A stretch of DNA of 63,995 bases, filler included, from Intoshia linei (lineage: Eukaryota > Animalia > Orthonectida): the NCBI GenBank assembly GCA_001642005.1. It is 9 parts of 9 records of this genome, joined end to end, with 100 filler letters (N's around TTAATTAATTAA, not from the genome) between each part and the next. Parts side by side here need not be neighbours in the genome. Positions count along the whole stretch, not along the records: positions 1 to 18,173 come from LWCA01000788.1; positions 18,274 to 40,940 come from LWCA01000585.1; 7 more parts are not named here. The stretch is one strand, 5' to 3'. Under the pieces are notes generated by a model. The model had not been told where the DNA came from, ran no database searches, and was given only the letters and a program-made list of their open reading frames with translations. Made by a program: the position numbers and the translations under genes. The first letter of the stretch is position 1. Each line of letters begins with the position of its first letter. This document shows, piece by piece, positions 14,047-26,669 of this stretch.

Positions 14047-14353
14047 TTTGAAATGATTTCGTGGTCTAATAAGGATGTTTATGGGCTATTCCATATTTAA
14101 CTGAATTGTGATTCAAACAACAATCGATTCTTTGACCCCAATTAACAATTATTAAGCTAAACATGTTAAAGTTATTTACTGCATACTGGTAGATGGGTTA
14201 TATCATAATTCCGACTTATTTATTGATTAAGAAGTTAGAGTTAGTTGTAAGAGTTAAATGATAAATAACATGAATACGAAATGTTATCGATTTCTAAACC
14301 ATTTAATAGTGATTGAACTAGTTTGTGAAAATATTTATAAAATTTACAAACAA

Positions 14354-15634
14354 TTAGTCGTCTTTTTTGGGTGAATTTAGATTGACGGCTTCCAGGGTGC
14401 TATTTAGTTCTTCAAGGCGTTGTTTGTTGTGTTGTAGGTTTGACTTAATGTCGTCGATACGTTGTTTGAATTCACTAAAAGAATTAATAAAATACAGAAA
14501 CCAAAATAAAAACTTGTGGTATTCAATTTTAGCGTCTTCAAGTTTAGAGATAACTATTTCAATACCCTCTCCCGTAGTACATGATAAAGATGCATGCTAT
14601 TAAATATTAAAAATAAAAATCAAGAAGTATTACAGGAATTTCTTCGTAAAAGGAACTAATGCTGAGACACAAACTTCGATTGAATGAAGACATGTATGAA
14701 GTATCTTTGTCTGTCGCATCTAAAAATTTTTCAAAGTCTTTAACCCATTCGATAGCGATTTCGCTACTTTCCATGTCTACCTAGTTAATGTTATCCATGT
14801 ATAATTCAAAAAACCTTGTTGAATATCATGAGAAATGGTAATGTAAATTTGAATAAAATACTCGATCCGTATAACATATTTGTCATAAACGAAGTGGTAT
14901 TGCTGCAGCGAATCGTGTCTACCATATAAACCAAAACGGTGGGGAAAGATGAGCTCTATAAATATATTATATACCACTATAGAGTATTGCAAGGGAACGC
15001 ATAAATCATAGAATAATTAAAATAGTGATTGTCTCGAAATTGACTAATGTTACATTTATGAATCCCAATAAAATATAAAATTTCTATTATAATTTTTACT
15101 TTTAATCATTGAAATAACATTAAAAATTACCAGCAAATCCGTAATAATATTCCCGGAAGCAGACCACGTAAAAACTTCAATTTGCCCTGGAGTGTCAAAA
15201 ATAATATATTTGTGTTTATCTTTTACTCGATGTATACCTTCGATAACCTGAAAAAATTGAAAACAACAATAGTAAAATAACCTGGTTAAATTTTGTACAA
15301 TATAAATTCAAGCATGTAACGATCCCGCCATTTGGTCCCAAATTATAATCCCTCATGGTATCTTTATAATTTATAGAATCGCAAATATCTACATTTATTG
15401 TATTATAATTTATTTAATTACATAAAGTTAATACCAATGTTGGTTGGAAATTTAGTTTCTGGGACAGCAGGGTCCAAATTTACAATAAAAGGGATTTCGT
15501 CATTTTCATGTAAATGGGATGTTAATCTCTATAAAATTATTGCAGTAGTGTAATGATATAAATACCTTCACAAAACTTGTTTTTCCTGAACCGGCCATAC
15601 CTACAACTATTATACATAATGGCAAATTATCCAT
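14354..15634 (-). CDS. GPN1: GPN-loop GTPase 1 (XAB1), 8 exons
   Basis: [34 protein letters not shown] (GPN loop), [29 protein letters not shown]; in-frame short introns. Confidence 0.95.
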
Positions 15635-15732
15635 TCTTAATGTAAACTTTATTTCACTGTTAATAATTTTCATGGTTACACCAACTAAATATGTAAAATA
15701 TGAAATTTAAATCCATTTAAATTAACAAATAT

Positions 15733-16379
15733 ATGGCAAAAGGTTAATATTTTAGCGACGCAGTGATTCTCAAACTTTTATCGTTTATCCGACATTATAC
15801 TGAATTGCCATTGTGTGGTAAATAGAATGGAACTATAATTTCGATCGACTTTACAAAATTTTGGTACTGATCTTTATAGATGCATCTTGTAGAAATAAAT
15901 TTCATACAATGATAAAAAAAATTGAGAAAAAGTATTTTTGTTTTTATTTTTTAAATTTGACCAGTTTCGTCGTAGTTTGAGAACCACTCCATCACATAAT
16001 TTAAAATATGGGTTACTTTGAACTTTGAATTGATAACAAGTTTAGTCGATATCCTTTTGAATGCAACCGGAGATGCACCTATAATGAAAAACAAAAAATG
16101 GAAGCTCGATAGGGCCAAAACAATAGAATCAATTTTGGAATTTATACGAAACTACTTGGACCTCAAAGACGACCAAAGCATGGTATTTCAATTTTAATAA
16201 AGATTAACTTATTTTAGTTTATATACATAAATCAAGCGTTTGCTCCAGCATTAGACAGCACAATTGGAAATTTATATGATGTAAGATACAAGTATTATTT
16301 TTATTAATTAAAAATCTAGACATTTTCGATAGATGGAAAATTAGTATTTTACTATTGTACAAACCAAGCCTGGGGTTAG
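15733..16379 (+). CDS. ATG12: Ubiquitin-like autophagy protein ATG12; probable 10-nt first exon 15733-15742, then 16046-16182, 16218-16280, 16320-16379
   Basis: MAKVDILLNATGDAPIMKNKKWKLDR...FIYINQAFAPALD..IGNLYDTFSIDGKLVFYYCTNQAWG*. Confidence 0.93.
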
Positions 16380-17216
16380 ATATTTTTGGACTGTAATGTT
16401 AAACATTTAAATCTTTGTCCCATATGATTAGGATCTATTAAAAAATTTATACTGTCTCGTACCTTTTTCATATTCGAAAATGATTTCTCATTGTTTAGCA
16501 TCTTAATTTAATTTTAATCAATTTAATTTATGTTTATACCTCATAACGTTTCTGAATACCCAATTGAAGCAGAAAAGAACCTTGACATGTATAATTAATT
16601 TTCAATCCTGGTAAAATAGTTATATTATGTTCAGTTACGTGTACCGTGTTCACTTGCAATTTTAGCCAAAGGCCCAAAATCAACATCGCACGTTATATCT
16701 GCTATTCCAACGTTATGTAATGGGTTAACTTGTTTATGTTTGATGAAAGCCTAATTTTTATTTATAAATACAGTCAACCCTCTACTAGAATAAGGTCTAC
16801 AAAATCAAGATCATCTAAAATAACTGATTACTTTGGGTCAACTAAAGAAAAAAATAAAGATTATGATTAAAAAATTATGAATTAAAAATTAATAGACTTC
16901 CGAAAAATTTTGATAAATAACCTTTAATTTTACGGTTACTATGTAACTATATTTTTTGTTCACAATTTCTGCAATCATGAACACTAAAATAATCGAGTCT
17001 CAAATGTTCACTTAGTAGAGGGTTGACTGTATAATATGAATGGAATTAGTTTTAAAATCGTACCCGAAGAGTATCTTTTGTTGAATTTAATTCACCATAA
17101 TCGATGATTAATGCAGATCCATTGTTTTGCTTAATTAATTTCGAAATAAAATCAATATGATAACGAGATTCCGGAGAAATTTCATAAATGGTTGACTTTG
17201 TATTATCCAATTCATT
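16376..17216 (-). CDS. NDUFAF7: NDUFAF7/MidA mitochondrial arginine methyltransferase, 3' four exons (5' part lost toward the 18174 spacer)
   Basis: EISPES...GSALIIDYG...KDTLR|AFIKHK...GIADITCDVDF...QGSFLLQLGIQKR...LIDPNHMGQRFK. Confidence 0.9.
16771..17029. mobile_element. pogo/Tigger-like MITE in an NDUFAF7 intron
   Basis: TA|CAGTCAACCCTCTACTA ... TAGTAGAGGGTTGACTG|TA. Confidence 0.8.
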
Positions 17217-18173
17217 CTAATAGACATATTGAGATTTTGTGTAACAAAATACAATGTAATTACAAATATTAGTTCAATTTTTGAGATTGGGCGTCTCAAT
17301 CAGTCTACCCTATAAAAATTCTAGATCCTATAAAAACATAAAGAGATCGCTGATGCTGAAAATGATTTATTTTATTTGGTATGGAATTTTCATGTTTACA
17401 AATGTACCTTATCTAATTAATCTGTTGCGTCGACCCAAATTGATATTTTTTTGAATGTACAATTTATTCATGGGAGTGTAACATCAAAAGGATGAGTAGA
17501 ATTTTTTCTTTATTTGGAAAGTTTAGAGAACTAGCCACAAAACCAAAAATCTCATGATTAATGAATCAATGATAATGACAGGCTAATTCCTATTTAACGT
17601 AATTTCTCGTTAACGGAAAAAAATTTCTGATTAACGGATTGAATTTTTCAATAGTACAAAAATTCCGTTAAATTTTAACTTAAAATGACTAGCATCATAA
17701 TTATACTAAAGCTTTTTCGGTTCAAATTAAAAGCTTTAGATACGTAAAATTTTTTATTTTCTTCATGAATAATGATAATAATAATAGTTGATTATTAATT
17801 ATATGAAATGATCTACAAACATAGGTTAAGTGGAATGAAAATCAAAATATTTTCATTTTTACATTGTTTTAATACAGTGGTTCCCGGTTAAAATAGTGTA
17901 TTTCAAAATTCAAAAGGCAACCTATTTCAAAATATTTATTTTTTGGACCCCAAGGGAAACATAAAATATAAGATATTGCTAAAAAAATAAAGGGTTTTCA
18001 TCATAGGATTTAGTAAAATCGTGTTTTCAAATAAATATTGGAAAAAAAGAATTTTTTTATTGAGGGTTGGTAAAATTTTATTTTTTATTTAGAATTAACC
18101 CATTAACGGCCAGTGTTCATTTTTACGAACACTTAGTTTTTATTGTTTAAATTCAAAGTTTAAATAAATTATA

Positions 18174-18273
18174 NNNNNNNNNNNNNNNNNNNNNNNNNNN
18201 NNNNNNNNNNNNNNNNNTTAATTAATTAANNNNNNNNNNNNNNNNNNNNNNNNNNNNNNNNNNNNNNNNNNNN
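18174..18273. other. Artificial 100-bp contig spacer N44-TTAATTAATTAA-N44; also at 40941, 43705, 45800, 52166, 57649, 59722, 62661
   Basis: Identical structure eight times; the linker has stops in all six frames; genes are truncated at these points. Confidence 0.97.
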
Positions 18274-18795
18274 ATTTTGCAATTTTAATTAAAAATACCT
18301 ATATTTCATTAATTATTAAATTTTTTTATAGTTTTTACTTTTTTAGGGTTATGACATATTTGTTCTTGATCATACACTAGATATGATATAAGAAAATGTC
18401 TTAAATCATAAACCAGGGTCGAATCAAGTCATTCAATCTTCAATCAAGTCACTAGGTAGTAATAGTGGTGACTGGTTAATCAACATTGGTAGCGCATTTG
18501 AATTTTCTTATGATTAAAAAAAAATTTATTACTACATTACTACATTTCTTATTAACCTTTTTGATATCGTTTTTACTTTTATTTGACTTGACAGATCATA
18601 ATAGTCCTCTTAGGATAAATACATTTAATTTATATAAAATGAAAAAATAAAAATAAAAATGAACCTCAAAATTACTATAAATATTCAATTTTATTACAAA
18701 TGTGAATTATTGCAGATATGCTAATATTTGTTTTATCAAAAGTTTACACAAAATTTTGCAAAGTCGTTTTATATTCACCTTAATAACTCGAAAAT

Positions 18796-21700
18796 ATGGG
18801 AATAATCAGGTAATAAACTTTTATTAACTATACGTACAATCTAAAATAGCAAGAAAAGTAAAACAATTGAATTTGCCGGGTACAATAAAATTATACCTGT
18901 TTATAAAGATTTAATTTTGATTCAAAAATTTTCAATAAAAATGCAAATATACTTTAAAAAATTGATAACTTCAACTGGAAAATCTACTGATTTAAGATGG
19001 GTATGCTTTATTCATAAAATGTTAAATTTATCATCATTTGTCATTATGATAAATTTTGTAGTATAATAGTACAGTATAATTTATAAATCAACAAGTTTTG
19101 TAGATAATTTATATAAAATAGAAATCGTTACCTCAATATGGTATGTATGATTTAATCAATAAAACTGCCAATGAGAATAAAACTTCAAAGCATTTCAAGT
19201 AAACCTTTGTTATTATATATATTTTACAATGTGTAAAAAATTTAGAAATGTTTTGAGTTCCGTTGCTGTATATCAAAGAGACATTTCTACCAAAGTCTGC
19301 CATCATGGTAATTATTATTATGTTCCAGATTTTCAATATAAAAAAATTTCCTTCAATTCTTTACAGTTTCTTGACAATTTATCTATACTTAAGTACATGT
19401 ATATTGTATACAAATTTATATTATTTTATTTTTATTTGGTATTCATTATTTTATATATTACGATAATAACTCTATATAGAAATGTTTATTTGCGATGAAA
19501 TTATTACACCATTATCACAATTTATAGTAATTTTATTTCTTTAATAATTATACAAAGTGCCGACTCGTCATTAAATTTTGACCAAAGTAAACAAAAATAT
19601 TTACACAATTATAATTTTTTAATACATAGTTATACTATATTGATAATAATTATAGTATACTATTGTACATACTACAGATACATTGTAATTGTAAATAGCT
19701 TGGGCTGCACTATTTGCATTCCTACATTTGTGAATTCCATTACGTAACTTAGACACTGAAATTCACAAATTAAACAGTACAATAGCCATATTACCGTTCA
19801 ATACATGAAACACCAAAAACATTTCTAGCAGCGCCACCAATTATCTTTTTTACGAGCCGCGATTAATTATAATTCAACAGGGTGCCAAGGTATAAAAACG
19901 AAAAATATAAAGTACCCATTTTCTAAATGGGTGTGTTATATATCAGCGACTACAATAATAATTATTAATAATTAATATTTATATTTTAAAATGTGAATTG
20001 TTGTTTTTAGTCAGACATTGAAACGCTTAAAGAAAAAAAAAAAATAATGGATAAAATGTATGACAGATATATGGTGTATGCTAAAAAGTAATTTTACAAT
20101 AATTATATATTGTATAAGTGTTTATCCAAAAATGTACTGGGAGCACTAGTCCTATCTGAGAAAATCCATACACAATCCATAATATACACTATTTAAACAT
20201 TATTTATACATGTACGACGTATACATTGTACGTAGATTTATTCACATTCCCTAATCAAAAGAAAATCAACTGTCTTGATTTTATTTATAATTTCACGGAT
20301 TAATTTAAGAGTCTATTTAACACCAAAATTCCGTTAAATAGCTTTTGAAGTTTAATTATTTTTTAATAGATTTATTTAAATAGGTATAAAGACATGTCTA
20401 AAAAAGCTGACACAAATATACAAAAAATATACACAAAACGTGAATTGAAGAGAAAATTATTTTCAGACGCAGTCGATATTTTTGCCGTGCATGCTTATCG
20501 ACTTAAAAATAATGAAAAAGAAATTTGCATTTTACTCAAAAACGTAATTTTAGTAAAATTGTTAACTATCAACATCAACAATATGTAACATCACATATAA
20601 CACTTAGTGTAAGGTGGTGCAAGTAAATTTGTGGTGAGGGTCAAAAAATTGATTTAGAGAATTTTAGAAATTTACAGGTTCTTCAATATCTATGAAAATC
20701 GTAATTTTGTTGCGAATTTTAGCAAAGCACTAAATGGTGTTTTAGCTTAAGTTGCTTTTTTCTAATAATCTTACTTTTTTAAAGTAAAATAGTTAAAAAT
20801 TTATTTATGTTTATTTGTTTGTTTGTTCCAGTTTATTTAAGAAACTAAGGGAAGTCGAGTTATAGAAATTTCATATTTCTATAATAGTTTTGCGAGAGTG
20901 GTGCTTAATAGGAAATTTAATTTTCAAAAATTTAGTTGTTCAATGTAAAAAACCCCAATTGTCCTTTGTTTTTAAATTTAAACTCGTCCTAGAATTATAA
21001 AACATACACATTTTAATAAAAAGTTTGTAAATTCATCATATTATGATACTTTTTAATTTTAAAATCTTATCTCTTCACCACTAAAACCACAAATTACTCT
21101 TTTTTGTAAAAATTATAAACGTCCTAGAATTTTATACACCACTAGGTTGACTGTTATTATATTACTTGGTCACTTATTCGGATTAAAGTTTTGTGTGTGT
21201 GTTAACAGGATACAACTGTATCACTTGTAAATTTTTTTAAATTAAAGGGCTGTTTTCATTAAAAAAAGAAGGGTAATTTGTGGTTTTGGCCCTGAAGATA
21301 TTTTTTTTAAATTTAAATTCATGATAATGTTTATGATTTTAAAATCCGTATCAACGTATATATTTTCAAAAAAGGACAATTGGAGTTTTTGACCCATAAT
21401 ATGTGACTTTGGGAGGTTGAAATTAAGTTTGCGAATACCCTAAGGAAAAAACTGTAATTGGAATGTGGACTTTATAAAATTCTAAGACGGGTAGTTATTT
21501 AAATAAAGCTGGACACACACACAAACAAAAATAACGTAGCATATTATATAAGTTAGGATAAACTCTGAGATGGTTTTTGAATTTATAGGCATTATCATAA
21601 ATAGTAACCTCAAAAAAGGTTATTTTTACTGTCAAAAACCCAGATTACCTTTTTTAGATTACAGTCGTATAATTTTAAAAAAAATAACAGATGCTTAGAC

Positions 21701-24700
21701 AGTTATATCCATTTAAAACACACAAAAAATTTTTATCGAATAAAGTGACGCCTTTATGGTCAAAAAGCACTTTGTATTCATTTTTTTATTATATTATTTT
21801 ATTATAACAAAAAATTTGAAATAATTATTCTAAATTACTACAATTAAAAAAAAAGATTATTCTAATCTAACTTATTCTAGTTGATGTAAATAAAAAAATT
21901 TAACTCCAGAAATCTACGCATTTCCGATGAAACATAATTTTTAATATATTATCAAACAATACAATTAAAAACTAAAAAAATAAATCATTTTATAATTTCA
22001 AAAAAAAATGTCCATTGAATGTCTATACCAGGGGTGTCAGACTCAATTTGCTTGGCGGGTAAAATGTGAAAAAAAATTATGTTAAAACTAACAGATTTAA
22101 TTAAATTATAATAATTTTAATTCATAAAATGAAATATGAAACAATAAAATGGAATAAGTGTAAAAATAATGTTAAAATTGTAATAAAATAGATCAAATTT
22201 TCCAAATTTATTTATTTTTATTATGTATGAAATTCTTTTTACATAATTTAATTATATGGTTGAACTCTATAATTATATTTTTGGAATCTATAATTGTATT
22301 GTTCGAATTTGTAATTATATTATTGGAATACACTGTAAGATGGAATAATTCACTTTAAATTAAAAGTTAATGTGATATGACGGGTTTACGTGAAATAAGT
22401 TTGGGAACCATTCCTTTAAAGGATTGATAATAATTAATAGTATCATTCTTAAGTTAGATTGAATTTATTTTTTTGGTAGAATAAAAATGTCAGCCTTCGG
22501 CAAAGCTAAGTGCTGTTTGTACGTAGTACAATACAGTCAACCTAGTCTGTGATAAATTTTCTTTAACATGAAAAAATAAATTAACTAAAAATTTGAATAG
22601 TACGCTGTTGCTGAATTACAACATACTCATCATTATTTTGAAATTGTTGATCGAGCAATACCGAAATTAAACGACGAAATTGGTAATTTCAATAATAAAA
22701 AAATATAATATATTTTATGCAAATATTTATAGATTTATTTGAACCTCAAATGTTTGAAACTGATATAAAAGAACATCTTGCATCTTATAATGTTAAAATT
22801 GCCATTCCTATCAAAGAAATAATTCATTTCATTGCTGACTACGCTATAGTGAATCCAGTAATTTTTTTATTGAAATTTTTGACTACACAACTAAAATTGA
22901 CAACATTGATAAACTCTACTAAAATGCAACATTTTACCTAATTTGGAAACCAAAATTATTTTCAAAATATTTTCATAATGATAAAAAAGTGTTCCCTTCA
23001 AAATATGGAAAAATTGAGTGAAAAGTTTTTTCTCACAGTTTGGAACCCACAAAAATTTGATCAAAAACTGAATAATATGATAAATTAGCAAAATATACAT
23101 ATTGTATATACATGTCGCTGTAAGATGTATTGCTTAACAATACATCGCTGAAATCAAACAACGTAAGATCGTTTCTGTTATAAATATTTACGATTTAAAA
23201 TTGTTTTGGAATTTTAAAAATTTGTCTTTTTAATGATCTACGAGTTAAGTTTTTTAATAAACGGGAATACATAGAATTCACCACTATGTAAGTGAAGAAC
23301 AAATTTGATATAAAAATAAATAAAAAACATAAATTTTGATGATCATTATAAAATGGTCATGATTTATTTATAATTACAAAACATTTTCGGCCCTGGAAAT
23401 TGATAAGGACCCCAGTGGATCGAGAGCCCAATTTAAGAAACATTGACTTATATTATCGTATATAATACATGTATACATTTTTAGTATGTTTTTAGAAGAT
23501 ATTCAAAGATGAAGGTAAAGCAGAACGAATATCTCGAATAAAAGTATAATAATATAATATATTTAATGGGTACTGAGATATTTCACAATAATTCATTGTA
23601 ATGGTTTTTTTTATAATTATGGTTGTATGATAAGTATAAATGGATAATTAATTAACTTTTTTTCATAGTTTTTTCTTTCTTTTTAATTTCCATTTTAGAC
23701 AATATTTTTCATTTTCTTGTATCTAAACATTATATTAAATGGTGAATTATAATTTATATAATAATTATATTGATGTTAGCCTAGTTGTATTTTTAATTTA
23801 GATATAATTGATTTATTGATTTACATGTTAAATTTATATTATAAATGAATCATTTTACAAATTAAAATTAACATAAATTTAGGAAGAATTTGATCACAAC
23901 GATTTTTCTGGAAAAGGGAATATTGATGACCCTGCAAGTGTGGCTGGTAAATTATTTAACTTGTCCAGGTGTTATGAACGAGTAATCAATTTTTAAATTA
24001 TAATAGGAATAATTCCTTTGTTCCGCTCAGTATTTGATTTATAAAATATGGAATTATTTTTGACTAAAAAGTAAAATCTTTTACAAAATTTAGAAAAATA
24101 TACATACATTTCGAATGACATTACTAATCCCGACTTATATAATATGCTACGCGATTTTTGTTTGTGTGTGTCTGTGTGTTACGCTTTATTTAAATAACTA
24201 CCCGTCTTAAAATTTTATAAAGTCTACATTTCAATTAGAGTTTTTTCCGGGACGTATAATAAGATAAATTTCAACCTCCCAATTTCACATCTTACGGGTC
24301 AAAAACCCCAGTTATCCATCTTTTTGAAAATCAAACGAGTTGAAGAATTTAAAAAAATATATACGCTGATACAGATTTTAAATTCATAACATTGCCATAA
24401 ATGTAAATTTAAAAAAATTATATCTTCATGGCCAAAACCTTAAATTACTCTTTTTATTTTAATGAAAACAGCCCTAGAATTTCAAAAAATTTACATGTTG
24501 TACAGTTGTATCCTTTTAACACACAGAAAATAGATATATAAAATAAATGACTATTTAATGAACTAGTTTAATATAATAATCACCTGAACTATTATTTATA
24601 TTAATTAATGTAAGAATCATTAATTAATTTATGAACATAGTTGCGTTTAAAACATATTTGAACACTCTACCAGAAAAATTGGTTTCTGATGATATTTTTT

Positions 24701-26575
24701 ACGATCTACCTGATTTACGACAATACATGTAAATTTTGATTAATAGTTTATATTTGACATGTATATTTAGAAACAGTGCAGCTTTTGTGGTAATTTTGAA
24801 CAAAGCATATAAATAATGCATCTACCTTTTCGGCTTGGTTCCCTTTGACATTTTTGAAAAAAATACCGTGATAAAATCTAAATTTTTGATGAGCCCTCAT
24901 TTTTTGGATCTAGGGTCCATATCAGGGAAATTTTATGAATATATTTTTGATTTATGTAAACTGATATGATGTTTTAAAAATATATAGAAAATTTATGCGT
25001 CGCAAAAATTTCTATGTTTATAAGGGTCGTAACCACAAAAAGGTTGAAAATCAATATACAAGACGACATTTCAAAGGAATAGTTATTTTGTATACCGGTA
25101 TATTCCGATACATAATTTAACCATTTTATTAAAATTAACAAATATGTAATATCAATTTAGACTGCAGCAAATGTACTATTACATCGAGTAGATGCAGAAA
25201 TCGTTGAAAATGTTGGGTAATTTTAATTTTATCCGGGAAATAAGACATACAGCAGATTTATTAAAAACTTTTTTTTGCACATGTTTTAAAGCTGATACAC
25301 GATTTTTCATTTATAATTAATCAAATTAGATACATTATGAAATTTTTTGCATATTTTTTAACAAAAAACAACCTAAACAAGTACACAGCCGGTGATATAT
25401 CTACCATTTTTGCACCAATCATTTGCCAAGCTGATCACAAGTAAGTAAAAAGGTTTCGAATTAATTACATTAATTTTAGATGTTCTACTGAAATCAAATT
25501 ATCTCAACAGAGAATAATTGAATATTGGATTGCTAACGTAGATAAAATTTTTCCTGGAGGTATACTTTAATAATCATTTCAAGATTATAATTTGATAATT
25601 TTGAATGTACAGTGAATTTTATTATTTTCGTAACATTTTCTACACGGACGACCAATGGTCACGACCATCCAAGTGGCATAAATTTGGAATAACTAGTTTT
25701 TTTAATTTTTGGGATTTGTCTTTCTAATTTAGGTACATTTGACAATGATCATTTTTTATATTTGTTTTTATTGATATGAATAGTTGTAATGTATTTTTTA
25801 GAAGAAAAATTTGGCTATGAAAACGAAAAAAACCAAAACATGGTTAAATCCTATGATTTTGCAGAAGATAAAAACGAGTCAATGTATGTAAAGTAAGATT
25901 AAAAAATTAACATTACTAATCAAATTTAGGAAAGAAGGGAAATTGAATAGTAACTTAAAATCAAAAGAGGTACTAAGACAAAGAGCAACTGAAACAAATC
26001 AAAATGTTTCAATAATAAACAGAAAAGACACTACCAATCGAGTAATATCCCGGAATGTAGATTTTGTTAACGATGAGAGAAATTCGGTGTTTGTATTGGA
26101 ACATGAACGTCGACCCTTGCCAAAACATCCAAATTTGAGCAACCAAATATCAAATACTGAATCCACAATTAGTACATTCATAGACCCTGAGGTGGAATAT
26201 TCATCAAGTAATCAGAACTATCAGAAAAATAACTATAAACTAAATTCTAAAAAGGAAGAATATTTTACAGTATATAGTAGTCATTTTTCAGAGTCTATAC
26301 ATGAAACTAATTCCACAACTTATAGTGATGCTACGTTAGATACAATTAAAGGCAAGGAGAAATATAACCAATTAAAAAATGAAACTGAAACAGTTTCATC
26401 TTCTTATGTTTCAGCGAGCTACACTAGTGCGTCAAATTCAGATTCGTCTTCAAAATGTTCATCTGATGATTCCGATGATAGTGAAAACTCTGAAACTACA
26501 ATAAAAAAATGTGAATCCGATCATTCCGATCAAACAAACTCCAAACCCCATTATGTCAATAATGTAAAATTATAA
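18796..26575 (+). CDS. BAR-RhoGAP of the ARHGAP17/ARHGAP44/SH3BP1 type with Ser-rich tail; many short exons incl. 19-nt microexon 24771-24789; start uncertain
   Basis: BAR-like DLILIQK...RW|KSLPQ; GAP domain PQMFETDIKEHL...IAIPIKE...DDPASVAVAFKTYLNTLPEKL...IFAPII...RIIEYWIANVDKIFPG; the last exon is the 25943-26575 ORF. Confidence 0.8.
21142..21558 (-). mobile_element. Non-autonomous Helitron copy
   Basis: Minus strand A|TCCTAACTTATATAATATGCTAC ... CAGTCAACCTAG|T, no TSD; 3' hairpin degenerate in this copy. Confidence 0.7.
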
Positions 26576-26669
26576 AACCACAAGTACTATTTAGTGCATA
26601 TATGAAAATAAATGTATTTCAAAATAATTTTAAGGAAATGTTTAATACAACAAGGCGGTTTGACTAATT

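Noticed and set aside
19229-19498. 89-aa ORF that looks like a mitochondrial presequence plus TM helix
   Set aside because: It is one internal BAR-domain exon of the RhoGAP read through into flanking introns
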